From Octopus sinensis (lineage: Eukaryota), in NCBI RefSeq assembly GCF_006345805.1, contig NC_042997.1:157542001-157606000 (forward strand): DNA of 64,000 bases, given 5' to 3'. The notes beneath the pieces are model-generated. The model saw nothing but the letters and a program-made list of their open reading frames with translations, was not told the DNA's origin and did no database searches. Both the position numbers and the translations under genes were made by a program. Below, piece after piece: positions 23,541-37,850 of the stretch (the stretch's first letter is position 1; every line of letters starts with the position of its first letter).

Positions 23541-24446
23541 ATACGGGACCAGTGCGAGAAAGGGAATATATATACACACACACATACCTAAATGAATAAA
23601 GTAGCTGTGGCTTGGTCACTGAAGCGATTGCATTGAAGAGCAGCTAATGGCCACCTTTTACTAGTCCCAAGAATTATCTTCCCTGTTTATTTTTTATTTT
23701 TATTTTTTATATTACTTCGTTTAACTATAAGACGATTTTAATTAGTTTGCTACGCGAATTTTTTTTAATAATTTAATTCGGTAGTGTTTTGTACGTGAAT
23801 GACTTTTCACTTATTTAACATTGGATCTATGGGTCTGTTGTTACCTCTACATTCAATTACTCTTCGTTCTCCTTTTCTTCTTATTTACTACCTGTCTTAA
23901 ATAAAACAGCAAATTGGAAGGGCGACGTAGGAGAAATATCGAATAAAGTAAAATACTGAATTGCACAAGGGCCAGTCGATTGTACATTTCAGGTAAGTTT
24001 GAGTATTGACGAAGTCAAGTATCAACGCGAAATAATTAATGAACCCTGCGCTATGTATTGAGTACGTTTTCCTTGCTCAAACAACTATATGAATTTGTGC
24101 GTATATATCCTGTATGTAATGCATGCACGCGTATGTTTGCGTGTAGGTTAGCGTTAGTTTCAGTTTAACTGTGAACAGAATTACAGTATCTTGCATTCTA
24201 TCATGGGAGTGTTTTAAGTTGGCAGCGTGATTTTAATGTTATGTTATTCTCTAGAAATTTCACTTACGAGTTTCGTATACATACATACATGCATGCATGC
24301 ACACATACATACATACATACATACATTCATACATATATATATATATATAGAGAGAGAGAGGGGGAGACAGGGAGAGGAGGAGAGAAACTTATATACATAC
24401 ACAAATACACGCACTCATATAGGCATGCATGCGTGTATATATGAGT

Positions 24447-24745
24447 GATCACGTGACCGACCAGACCATCAGATGTTGTTACACATCGCTGGTCACAATG
24501 CGTTCGCATTGTTTTAGCCTTCGAATGACGCCACCCCGCTGGCTAAGCGAGCAGGCCAACGGAAGAAAGAGTGGGAGAAAGAGTGGTGAAAGAGTACAGC
24601 AGGGATCACCACCCCCTGCCGGAGCCTCGTGGAGCTTTTAGGTGTTTTCGCTCAATAAACATTCACAACGCCCAGTCTGGGAATTGAAACCGCGATCCTG
24701 CGACCGCGAGTCCGCTGCCCTAACCACTAGGCCATTGCGCCTCCA
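24447..24745 (-). mobile_element. tRNA-derived SINE family D (Arg-like head)
   Basis: Minus strand GGAGGCGCAATGGCCTAGTGGTTAGGGCAGCGGACTCGCGGTCGCAGGATCGCGGTTTCAATTCCC, a tRNA-like head with A/B boxes plus ~230-nt body. Confidence 0.8.
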
Positions 24746-24758
24746 CACACACACACAC

Positions 24759-24918
<160 letters not shown>

Positions 24919-25793
24919 CAAATCAATTAGAGATAAAACCACTATTATGCAACTCAAACAGTGATAGACATAAACTAATACATAAATAACAAATAATATA
25001 TATATATATAATTTTTAAAAAATATATAACTTATAAAAAAGTATAAAATGAATGATATATATGTATATGTATGTATATATCAAACACTCACATATATAAC
25101 AGAGGTTATATCAGATATACATAATGTTTTAAGTTGAAATATTAATGAAGATATAGCTCTACTTCTTCGCTGTCTTACGAAAGAGTCACGACTTTAATAT
25201 CAGAAAATAGTTGTCAACATGTCAACTTCCTCAGTCATTAATTTGATTTATATTCTTTGAAAAGTCTTTTCCATTCCTCTAGTCTGAGAGTTACAGAAGC
25301 TCAATAATTGTAAATCGTTTCACATAAAAAAGTTTACATTTAAATTGTAAAGCCGTAGGGTTATGAAGTTTGGTTCGCAAATGCATGGTTTCGGGTTCAG
25401 TCCCACTACGCGGCAACCTATCCTATATGTAGTATACAGTCCTGAAGTGCAGCACTGTATCCCCAGGTCGGATAATGTTTTGTAAATTAATATGGAACGC
25501 GGAAATTGTGAGAAGCCCATCGTATATGTGTGTGTATGCGCGCGCACGAGTGTGTATGTGTTTGTTTATGTAAGTATGTATGTATTTATGTATTATACAT
25601 TATTGTATATATTATTTGTTATAAATTATACTTTAATTCTCACCGTGCTTTAAATAAAGCGTCACAATGAGCATCGCTTAAATAACATCTCCAAATCTGT
25701 ACACCACATGTCTAGTTGAATCAGCTAACAGACATAAACACAATAATCTCATAATCATACAGCTTTATTTTCCTGGTACCTAGTGTGTAACAA

Positions 25794-25932
25794 TAGTAGC
25801 GTAGCTGGGGGTCGAATCCTGGGGGAAGTCCGCCCCGGGCAACGCTTTTATGAAGGTGGTACTTCTGGGTCTATATTGGGGCACGGTAACCGGAAAGGCT
25901 GCCGCGAGTAGCACACACTAGCTAAGCTACTG
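25794..25932. mobile_element. Short hAT-like MITE
   Basis: Imperfect 15-bp TIRs TAGTAGCGTAGCTGG / CTAGCTAAGCTACTG; no clear TSD. Confidence 0.4.
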
Positions 25933-26212
25933 CAATATATTGCTGAAATTTCAGAGAAATTTCTTAAAGCTATATAAATTAGCAGGTTTTTTTGACATAC
26001 AACATCTGTGACATTTTTCACATTTACTTTTATTTATGCTTTCTGTATACTTTTAGTACATTCTTGAAAGATTATTCAAAAGAACACCTTAAAATGGAAA
26101 ATAAAAAAATAATCGGGAAAATTCTTAGAATGTTTTTAATAAATTCAAATATAGAAGGAACATGTACAAGATATGAAAATAGTTATCATTATTATTATTA
26201 TATTATTATTAT

Positions 26213-26768
26213 TTTTGAGTGAGAGAGCAGTGCATGCCATCAAAGTGACACTGGGGTAAAATATACGAAGCCCAGTATACCCATCATAACTACCCGTCTG
26301 ATAAGGGTACACTAGGCACATGCATCACAACCATATGTGCACTACATTGTGATCTCATATCAAGATAAACAGCACATGACCTTGCAGGTGGGGCCCAGTT
26401 AGAATTTTCTTCTGGTCCAGTAACCCGTCCCGCTCAAAAGGTCCCTGAATAAGGGTTGTTTAAGGATGTTGAACGAAACACCCATATTTCCAGAGGTGAA
26501 TTGCTCAAACCCCAAAGAATCCCTTTCAACACATGGCTATGATGTTCCCCAACTACTTCTGCTCGTGATCAGAGATGCACATATCGTCAGCCACTAAGGG
26601 ACATGGTCAACTGGTTAAGGTCAAACAACTGACAGGCAAATCTGTGGTATTCAGCAGAATATTTGCTGTAACCCATCTTTTATACCAAGACAAAAAACAA
26701 TGTACATGATAACACTTCCAATCAGTTAAGATCAGAAGCCACAAGAGCCACTACCAGGTACTGCATCA
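26213..26768 (-). mobile_element. Non-coding retroposon segment (probable LINE 3'UTR) inserted in (TAA)n
   Basis: A sharp-edged, GC-richer 555-bp block with (ATT)n on both sides. (TAA)n targeting and tails are known for R4/Dong-type LINEs; family assignment is inference. Confidence 0.5.
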
Positions 26769-26783
26769 TTATTATTATTATTA

Positions 26784-26825
<42 letters not shown>

Positions 26826-27456
26826 CATCATCATCATCATCATCATTATCATTATCATTATCATTATCATTATAACGAAACAACAACTAGAGTGATAGCA
26901 AACACTATATGAGAGCAATGAGATACTTTAAAAATGCTATGTCACAACACTTCACATGTTCTTAGTCTTGGTTTTCTTTAACAAAATACTTCCAATTTGA
27001 GCGGTTGTTGACTCTATACAAGAGACCGGTGGGGGCTCACAATTCACATGTGTACGATGATGAAGATGGTGTTATATGCACTAACATACTTAGCTTGCAT
27101 CTATAAATACAAATTACGTTGCATCTGTAAATAGACCATCATGTTGGGTGGCAATGATGCATTCGCCAGCAAGCTGTAACCACTTGTACACCGAATGTGC
27201 TGAATCATATTCGAAATCAGCAAGCTGTGCATTAGCCGATGCACTAGAATCTTCTTCGTTCGTCATCTTTGCTGTGTCTTACTTACAAAACTCCACTGTA
27301 AAACCTTCGCCAAATCTTTTATCCTTAGAACGGCAACCATCTGGAACTCATGATCGTGCACATTTTCTCTGCAGGTATCAATCTTTAGAAGTTTTTTTGA
27401 TCAACGGTTGATGTTCAAGAGCAATGAACTCTACTCGTTCTCGTCATAAGGAAAAT

Positions 27457-27688
27457 ATATTTCTTTATTGCCCACAAGGGGCTAAACATAGAGGGGACAA
27501 ACAAAGACAGACAAAGGGATTAAGTCAACTACATCGACCCCAGTGCGCAACTGGTACTTTATTTATCGGCCCCGAAAGGATGAAAGGCAAAGTCGACCTC
27601 GGCGGTGTTTGAACCCAGAACGTAACGACAGACGAAATACTGCTGAGCATTTCGCCCGGCGTGCTAACGTTTCTGCCAGCACGCCGCC
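27457..27688 (-). mobile_element. tRNA-derived SINE family B
   Basis: Reverse complement of 18413-18643; tail ...TTTAGCCCCTTGTGGGCAATAAAGAAATA. Confidence 0.85.
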
Positions 27689-28344
27689 TTTCTGCCAGCT
27701 CTGAAAATAGTAGATTATTTCCCCAATTCTGCCTTCTACACTTCGCTACGTAACAACGCAGAACCTTTATGTGGTCACTTCACCTGCTTGAAATAGCAAC
27801 CAAATCCCCCTTCCATATTTAAAAGAATACATTTTGGAGCTAAACAACAATAAAAATATTTTGCTGTTTCCATATTACGTTATGTAACCGCAATCAATAT
27901 TTTCTCAGAAAACTTTTGTTAAACATTAGTGTTCGTTAAGCAAATTAGAAAATTATTATCACCAAATTAAATTAATAATAAATTAATGAACAATTTTTCT
28001 GTGGTGTCCATTGAGTTTGCCTGTTATCCACAAAATACGTCTCCCTCTGGGTTTTACGTGTGTTTTTATAATCGCTAGAGTAATTATAATATGCACATTT
28101 ATATATTTTTCCTGCATGTGTAAGCCTTCTGTAGGGAAAAGTTCATAATACCTTCATTTGACAGAATATTACGCAGTGAAATTTACCCAGCATGTATCAT
28201 CATAAGAGAAAAATATATATAACTGTTTATTATATTTTGTTTCAGATCGTTTCTCTGCTATCAAATAGTTTAAGTGAAACCAGTCTGTAAGTGAATCCTC
28301 AGTAGTAATATAAATATACACACACGTATATATATGTATCTATG

Positions 28345-28572
<228 letters not shown>

Positions 28573-30969
28573 CATGCAGCTATAAGTCTGTAAGCTAGCT
28601 GGCTGGCTGGTTCACGTTTTCTGACATCTTATAATAATGTATCAACTCATTGCAAAATCTCTTGAAATTTAATCTAACATAACAAGGTTTCTTGTGAATG
28701 ATGCAACAGCGATAGGCAACACTATACTATGGCTAAAAAGTTGCTTTCGTTGCTACGTGTGTTAAAGTTCAATCCTACAGAGCAGCACATTGCATAAACG
28801 TTTTCTAGACTTAGACAAACCAAAGCCTTTTGAATAAAATTGATAGATAAAAACTGTGAAAACCAGCTAGTGTAGCTGTTTCTGCATTTTGGCGGTGGAT
28901 TTAATCCGTCATCTGGTCTAAAACCACCGTTAGACACTTGTTATAAACATCTGGGTTAGAATCCAGTTTTAGGATAATTTTCCGCCTCTTTCTCTCAGTT
29001 GTATGCTTTGAAAAAGCGCTATGGGTGATTCCCTTCCTCCTCTCACTAAATGATAAGAATGTTTTGAAATGCACGTCAGGATAAGAATCTAGAGCCATAT
29101 TTCTTTTGAAAATTGACAATACTCAGAGGAACGCAGCTCCGATAACAGACAGAGTCAACATCCACTGACAAGGTTGCAAAAGAAACGAAACTTTTTGGAA
29201 TACACATAAAATAAATAAAATGAGTGGAAATTGAACCGGTGAGTGTGTTAGATATTAAAGCAGTATGCCTTTGCCCAGATATATCAAAATACTTAGAAGA
29301 GTTTCACTTTATTTCTCTCTGAACTTCTTGTCTCTTTGTTTTCAATATACTAATTTGACGGTGAAAGCACGTGGCCTAGTTGCTAGGATGTTGCATTCAC
29401 GACTGCAAAATAGTAGTTTCGATCCTCGGGTCGGGCAGTGCGTTGTGTTTTTGAGCAAACTACTTCATTTCACATTACTCCAGTTCGCTCAGCTGCGATG
29501 GTCTAGCGTCCTGTTCAAGAGGAATGTTGCGATTTCTGCCCCTTATGCTCCATGGAAAGCGGGTAACCAGCTGTATGAGTTCTAGAACTCGAGATTCTAC
29601 TTACTTTTATTTGTTTGAAAAGAAAACTTCCATGGGTGTTCGTTTCTGTTTTTGTGTTTTCAGTTTATCATGATGTGAATTCTATACACAACGCCTACAT
29701 GATTTCAAATAACAACCAAATTCCCCTTAAACTACAAGTTAGCATTCCCTCGCCAAAATAAAAATTAGGAAGGCATATGATAATTAAGTAATGTAAAACT
29801 GGATTCATTGTCTGAAAATCAGATGTGGTGACCATATCTGGAAAGCATTGTTCATACATCAGCTAGATCGGGGATGACCTGTGGTTGAAGAACAGTAACG
29901 TCAATATTCCTTTAAATTTATTATTAAAAAGTCATTTCAACTAATTGCTCAACGACATTGGTTTCGTCTGAATAAAAAAAATTACCCTTTCATACGTTCT
30001 AATTCAAATATCATTTATTTGTAAAGAACATTGGTTTGCACCGGAACCTCTAATTCACTGACATATTTGTATGCTGATGTTAGGGAAGAACTATATAATT
30101 ATTCCTGATGCTTGTGTAAGAAATAATTATTTAATTCACCTTAAAATGTTCTAAAATAAAAGTGTTAAAATGTCGATTAGTGCATGCCATCGATGTAACC
30201 ATGAGTTGAAAAGCCGATTTTAATCACTTTAATGAGAAAAATGATATATGTAGAAAATTAATTGAATTATAAATGAATTAAAACTAGTTTCACCAAGTGT
30301 AGTTTACACTGAAAGTCACCATCAAGTAGATGCACTTCAATTCATCCTCAGTTCTATAAACATTTAGCTTCACTCGTTGTTGCACCAACGTAGCCGAAAC
30401 AAGATTTGACGTGAGGCAGCTTACACACCTTTCGTAGACAGTACACAGAGAGTAATGTTGATTAATTAGAACTTTAGTAGCTTGGTGAAAATCCCTCACC
30501 AAAAACTCCTTCTTCCCTTCACCATAATTTCCAAAAGACACCCATACATTCACAGACGCACATAAATACATACGCGCTCAAACTCACGTGCTCTCATATA
30601 GACAATGAGATTTGGGATGCTGGTAAAATCTGATTCTAGACAAAAATTTTAAGGTGAAAGTTTTAAAGACGCAAAGAAATTTCAATTTTAACAGCACCAA
30701 CAGAAACAGTTTACTGACTAAAGACACTTTTTTCATTATTTATTTATGTTCGTATTTTATGTACAGGTACTAACTCGCAAAATCATGGCATAGATATTTA
30801 TGTTTATGTACCTATATTTGTATTATTATACTCATTATCAGTGTTCAAAGTTACTATACGAAGTCAAATATGGCATTTGAGTCGACGTAGTTTTTTCATC
30901 CATAAAAAAGTTCTGTCAAGCTATTAGATTCAATATATACACGCATAAAGCGGTGAGCTGGCAGAATCG

Positions 30970-31962
30970 TGTGACCGTCTATACAAATATAATTTGCAGA
31001 AAAAATATGCGAGGTCGTCCGCACGAGGTGGGATCTGTATATAGTTCTACCTATTATACGTGCAGTTATTTTTCAAAAGTCCTCGTTTTGGTGCACTAAA
31101 TTAGCGGAAAACAATACTGCAGAAAATAATTTACTGCAGTGGCTTTCGCCGGTTAGAGAACGTATTAATTTAAATTTACATTTAAAATGAGGGTGAGAAA
31201 TTGGATATTAATTTAATTAACATCAATTTAACACCAGTGGTCTAGCATATTAAAATTCTGAAAGTTCAGTAAATTGTATTATATACATATGAGAGGGATG
31301 ACCGCCATGTGGACAACCCTTATGCTAGAAGTAGATCCGCTATGGTCTAACCACTAAGAAATGTTCTCAAGAAAAATGCTCCCAAGAAAAATTTAGCAAT
31401 TTCTCACCCTCATTTTAAATTTATAATTTAAATTTAAATTAATACGTTCTCTAACCGTCGAAAGCCACTGCAGTAAATTATTTTCTGCAGTATTGTTTTC
31501 CGGTAATTTAGCGCGCCAAAACGAGGAATAACCGCACGTAAAATAGGTAGAACTATATACAAATCCGACCTCGTGTGGACGCCCTCGTATATTGTTCTGC
31601 AAATTATATTTGTATAGACGGTCACACTGAGGATCTATGGACAAATTGCGTAAGTGAAATTACGTAATCTGTTTATAGTGAAACATGTATGTGAATAATC
31701 TATAATCTATATTTTTGTTACTTTTCATGTCTTGCACGCTTACGTTCTGGTGTTTACTAGACTTTTCTTGAGAATATTTCTTAATGGTTAGACCATAGCA
31801 GATCTACTTCTAGCATATATGTTGTATACATGGTGGTCATCCCTCTCATATATATATATAATACAATTTATTGAACTTTCAGAATTTTAATATACTAGAC
31901 CACTGGTGTTAAATTGATGTTAATTAAATTAATATCCAATTTCTCACCCTCATTTTAAATTT
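30970..31962. repeat. Interlocked double inverted repeat A-B-A'-X-B'
   Basis: A (30970-31202) is inverted at 31397-31628; B (31203-31385) is inverted at ~31765-31938, followed by 27 bp of A'. The insertion truncates a family B SINE head at ~30948-30970. Confidence 0.85.
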
Positions 31963-32005
31963 ATATGTATATATATATGTGTGTATATATACATTATATA
32001 TATAT

Positions 32006-32050
<45 letters not shown>

Positions 32051-32084
32051 GTATGTATATATTATATATATATATATATAAATC

Positions 32085-32271
32085 TAATGCTCGTAGCTTA
32101 GTTTTTCCTTGAGGCTGGCCGGATCGGAGCGATCTCAAGATAATCAGCCGAAATTGCTAGGATGATCCGGTTCTTGACTGAAGATTGAAGGCTTCGAATG
32201 TCCCGTCCGTGTTTTTTGTATCGTCTTCTAAATGGTTTACGTTCTTGTCCCAGTTTGTATTTTTCTACATG

Positions 32272-32308
<37 letters not shown>

Positions 32309-33322
32309 TATATATATATATATATGTACACACACATATGATTTTTTCCCTCTCTCGTAATCCTTAATCCCTTTCCCCTCTCCCATATCTCTTAGTCCTT
32401 CTGCCTTCTTCAACTCCTCCCCTCCTCTTCCACGTGATCACTGTCCAGTTTAGGCATTTTCGTATTTTTTCGGCTGACCACCTTTCAAGTTAGTCGCATC
32501 TGTTCTGTTCTGTCTCGCCACCCGGTCAGTTAAGATTTTTCCATTTCTTTTTTCCTTGCTATAGCCTACTACACTGTCTGATAGTCGAAAAACTCTGTTT
32601 TGTTTTATTTTTATTGCAATTGTATAATTATTTTCCTTTTGTTGTATAGCCGAAAAGCTTTTGTCCATTGTATATAATTATAATTCTATTTCTTATGTTA
32701 CGTTCGTCCGATAGTCGAAAGACCCTTTCAGTTTGTTATTTCCTTGTGTTAGTATATGTACATTTGTTTGCCTTGCTTAGGGTTTTAATGTCTTCAGGCC
32801 TTAGCTCAACTGGTTTCGAGTAGTATCGGAGAGGATTGGGCGAAACTACGTGGACATTCCAGACTCCGATTAAAGGGGTAATTGGCAGCGAATGATCCGT
32901 ATATCTTGTTTTGTCCCGTTTGCCATTGTACACACACACAGTATCTCACATAAGTTTGCCGAGCTATCGTCATTTTCCTGCTTGTTATGTTTTGACGATT
33001 CGGTTTACGTTGTTTCTTTTACCCCTAAAACATACATACATACATACATACATACATGCATACATATATACATACATACATACATGCATGCATATATACA
33101 TGCATACATATATATGTTGTGGATTTATAGAAAGAAAGCCCATAAAGCTCAAAAAATATATTCATATATACGTATGTATGTATGTTGTCCCATTTTGTAT
33201 GTTATATATATATATATATATATATAATTTTAATCCAAACGGGAAACAAAAAAACAACAACAATGGAACAATTACAGTATTATTATTAATAGGCGCTCAG
33301 GAAAAGGAAGCAGGGAAAGGAA

Positions 33323-33357
<35 letters not shown>

Positions 33358-34107
33358 AGAATGGGACAAGAACGCAAAACACCCGGACAGCTAGGTGATA
33401 CAAAAAGGGACAACAAAACATCCAGGTAGATGATACAAAGAAAACAAGGACGGGTCATTCGAAGTTTTATTTCCTCAGTCAAGCACCAGATTATCATCGC
33501 AATTACGGCTGATTATTCTTGAGATTGCTCCAATCTGGCCAGCCCAAAGGAAAAATTAATCTAAGAGCATTAGATTCCTTGGAAAAAAGCGAATGTATAC
33601 AAAAATAGTGACTGAGAAAGCAGACAATGTTACACAAATATAAATACAAAAAATAATAATAAAAATAATAACAGGGCATAACAACAGGTGTCTTTCGACT
33701 AAGGACGAATTGAATTGAACTGGTGCGTGTGGAAATGAAGCCTTACGGCAGAGATACAAATTTTCACAAACACAGGGAAGAATATCGATGTTGCACGGAC
33801 AACGGTCAGAACAAGAAAGAAAGAGCAGGCTTGACCGAACACCACGTGGGAAGAGAAGAGAGAGAATTAGAAGCAGAGGGACAGAAGAATTAAGGAGGTG
33901 CGAGAAAAAAAGACAGGGACACACTAAAGTGAAAAGTGGAGGGAAAGTAAGAAGAGACGGCAAAGAAATGTGAGAGAGGGGAAACGGAAGAACGAAAAGT
34001 GGAATGAACGAATAAGCGTGAAAGCGCAGATAGACAGAAATAGAGTCGTACAAGATTTTGAAAAATGTTTTGTTACTATATATAGAGACCAAAGTGTACG
34101 TAAGCAG

Positions 34108-34174
<67 letters not shown>

Positions 34175-35199
34175 CAAAACGGGATAAGAACGCAAAACTT
34201 CGGACAGCTAGGTGATACAAAAATATACAACAAAACATTCAGATAGACGATACAAAGAAAACAAGGACGGGTCATTCGAAGTTTTCTTTCCTCAGTCAAG
34301 CACCAGGTTATCCTCGCAATTTCGGCTGATTATTCTTGAGATTGTTCCAATTTGGCAACGCCACGCATCCATTTCCAACTAAGTTTATCTTAACCTTTTT
34401 GATGCAACTCTACTCTATACTGTTTTCTCTCCCATCCTTTTCTAATTCCCTTTTCACTGTTTTCTATCTCTCTCTTTCTCCTTTCTCTTTTACTCTTTCT
34501 CCTTGCTCACACGTAACCATTATCCATCTTTCTTTTCCTGCACGACGTTCTAAAGAATGGACGTCTTCTATCTCTCTCTTCAATCGTTACTCTTTTGAAA
34601 GAGTATTTCTCCCAGCGTTCACTATTTTCCTCTCATATGGCAAAGGTAAATCTTTTTGTCTGCTCTGTAACGAAGATCAATTTCTCATCCTTATCTCGGA
34701 GAATATTCTTGTAAACACGTTTAAAGAATGCGTTTATCGTTGTAAACGTTGACAAAAACATGCCTTTACTTCCTATAAGTAATTTCTACCAGTCTATAAA
34801 ATTCAACCTTTAACTGTCTTACATTTCATTTCCACTACATATATCTATTTCCACGCTTTATTATTTTTATCTTAAGCTTTATTTCTATCACACTGTATTT
34901 CGCCACTCTTAATTTTCTGTTAACTTCTTTTTCCTTCTTCTTTTTCTCTAAATTTGATGTTATATCTATTAACGGTTTTTTAAAAAAATAACTTGCCAGC
35001 GTTCCCCTGCATCATATACGCAGTAAAATGGTTAAAGTGGTTTATTAATGCATTTTGTGACTCTTTTTTTTTCCGTGACGAGATAATTGCATTGTTTTAC
35101 ATCATTTTATTCCCCCCGGAATAATATAAATGTTTTCTTCGAAATATATGTCAGAAGGATAATGATTTGAATAATACCTGCGTTTGACTCCATTTCTTA

Positions 35200-35289
<90 letters not shown>

Positions 35290-36136
35290 ATATATTAATT
35301 GTATAATACACACACACATATGTATAATATAAATAATATATATATGCATATATATGCATATATACATACATATATTTACATATTTACATATATATGTATA
35401 TACATAATCATATATGGGTACAGGACGTCATAGAACGTAAACAGCATGAAATAGGAAAACAACAGGAAGACACGAAATACGAAAACAAGGAATACGAACA
35501 GTTTTTTGCGAACAACGAAAGAATCATATGGTAAACAAGGCAAGCTACATAACGAACGACCCTTCATCATTTTTCGACTGTTTTTCTACTCCGTATTTTG
35601 AGCAATTCTTGATAAGATATGTCTTCGACAAAACAGTTGTTCCTGCAAAGCAAATTAAATAAAATTTGGGATTTTGCGTGGGGCCACAGTTGGTGACAAT
35701 AATAGGACAGTGAAACAAATAGAAAGGGCTGCTAAGCCTTAAGGAGGTGGCGAACGCTGGGGGAACAAGCTTTGACAGGAGAGAGACAAGAATGCGTCTG
35801 ATCTCTGCCGCTGATTAGCAGGAAAGAAAGAAACTCAAGTTAAGAAAAGAAAGATGGCTGATGGTCACGTGCGAGCAACGAGAGAGCAGAGGAGGAAGAG
35901 TGAGGGAGAGAGAGGGACAGACAGAGAACGGCGAAGGGGAGACGAAAAGAATTAGAGAAAGGATGAGAAAAACAAAAGAGGTAGAAGGAGAGATAAAAAG
36001 AATTAGAGAAAGCAAGAGAGAGGAAACGAAAGGGGTGAGAGAAGGTGACATGGGAATAGAGATAGTAATAGAATAAGAGTCGTATCGAAATTATTGAGAT
36101 AAAACTTACTTGGAAATGGATGCGTGGCGTTCAATC

Positions 36137-36180
<44 letters not shown>

Positions 36181-36187
36181 TATATAT

Positions 36188-36241
<54 letters not shown>

Positions 36242-37353
36242 AATGAATGTTTTTATATATAATGAACGTGAAATACAGGAAGGGACGAACACGGAACACA
36301 GACAAATCATTCGAAGCCTTCAATCTTCAGTCAGACACCGAATCATCATAGCAAATTTCGGCTGTTCAATTCTGATATTTGCTCCAACTCGGCCAGCCCC
36401 AAGAAAAAAAACTAAGCTGTAAGCATTAGATTTCTTGGTAGAAGACAGGAATGTGAACGCACAAGACGGATGTGAATACAAGAGACGAAAACGAAATTGA
36501 AAACAGTAATGAATAAACAAAATATATATAACGGTGGTTGTCATACGACTTTAGACCAAATGAGACAAAAACAACAACAACAACATAGCTGGCGTAGAAA
36601 TAATTACCGTTTCGGTAGCGGGGACACATGTTGGTCGAGATACGAAGGCCAACAGAATGGTTTAAGAAGCAGCAGGTCGCAGGAGAGAGAGAAAGAGAGA
36701 CAGAGAGAGAGGGAATCAAAGAGGGTGGAAGGCAGGGGACAGAATCAGTGACCAAGAGAAAAGGAGAAAGAAGGGATTAAGGAGGATGGGAGGAAGAGGG
36801 GAGGAGGATGGGAGGAAGAGAGGGGAAGAATCGGAGGGCGCCAAAAAGTTTGGTGAAGAAGCAATGGCGGGTAGGAAAGACAGTGTGTATAGAAGTCGTG
36901 CAGGGTTTAAAATTGGACAAACAAACGGGGGGGGGTGCACGTAACGCCGCAATAATATAAGAATGAATGTTTTTATATATAATGAACGTGAAATACAGGA
37001 AGGGACGAACACGGAACACAGACAAATCATTCGAAGCCTTCAATCTTCAGTCAGACACCGAATCATCATAGCAAATTTCGGCTGTTCAATTCTGATATTT
37101 GCTCCAACTCGGCCAGCCCCAAGAAAAAAAACTAAGCTGTAAGCATTAGATTTCTTGGTAGAAGACAGGAATGTGAACGCACAAGACGAATGTGAATACA
37201 AGAGACGAAAACGAAATTGAAAACAGTAATGAATAAACAAAATATATATAACGGTGGTTGTCATACGACTTTAGACCAAATGAGACAAAAACAACAACAA
37301 CAACATAGCTGGCGTAGAAATAATTACCGTTTCGGTAGCGGGGACACATGTTG
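32085..37353. mobile_element. Cluster of Penelope-type pseudo-LTR remnants in (TA)n
   Basis: A related ~200-nt unit (...CATTCGAAG...CTCAGTCA/CTTCAGTCA...CGGCTG...GCATTAGA) occurs at 32085-32270 (opposite strand), 33355-33575, 34170-34350, 36237-36430 and 36957-37150. The terminal motif ACTT(A)CTTGGAAATGGATGCGTGGCGTT occurs at 34355-34390 (-), 36105-36135 and 63635-63668. Confidence 0.55.
36237..37353. repeat. 397-bp direct repeats (36237-36633 and 36957-37353) flanking a 323-bp purine-rich spacer; period 720
   Basis: The two copies are identical except one visible substitution (GACGGATG vs GACGAATG); bounded by (TA)n. Confidence 0.9.
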
Positions 37354-37384
37354 ATATATATATATATATACTATTTTTTATTCT

Positions 37385-37850
37385 TGTATTTGTTTCAGCC
37401 ATTTGACTGCGGCCAAGCTGGAGCACCGCCTTTAGTAGATCGAATCTACCCTTGTGCTTATTCTTTGTAAGCCTAGTACTTATCCTATCGGTCTCTTTTG
37501 CTGAACCGCTAATTTACGAGGGACGTAAACCCACCAACATCAGTTGTCAAATGAAGGCCAGGGAGGGAGCAAATGCACACACACACACACACACACACCA
37601 CACACACACACACACACACATACACACACACACACACACACATACACACTCACACATAAACACACGCATGCACACACACACACACACACACACCAACACA
37701 CATGCGACGCGCTTCTTTCAGTTTCCGCCTACCAAATCCACTCACAAGCTTTTGGTCGGCGCGAGACTATAGTAGAATAAACATGCCCAAAGTGCCACGT
37801 AGTGGGATTGAACCCGCAACCATGCGGTTGGTAAGCCACGCCTGCGCCTA
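37385..37850 (-). mobile_element. SINE family A with internal (CA)n
   Basis: Reverse complement of head (37705-37850) and tail (37385-37550). Confidence 0.8.

Noticed and set aside
24680-24745. SINE heads as real tRNA genes (also 18413-18500 and 13960-14030)
   Set aside because: A/B boxes are present but the acceptor stems do not close, and each runs into a repeated SINE body.
27100-27440. Possible Tc1-like HTH relic on the minus strand
   Set aside because: Similarity too weak across stops and frameshifts to support a call.
32085-37150. CTGA(A/G)GA...CTTCGAAT motifs as functional hammerheads
   Set aside because: GAAT instead of GAAA, no G10.1-C11.1 pair and no stem I partner could be found; kept only as a pLTR family marker.
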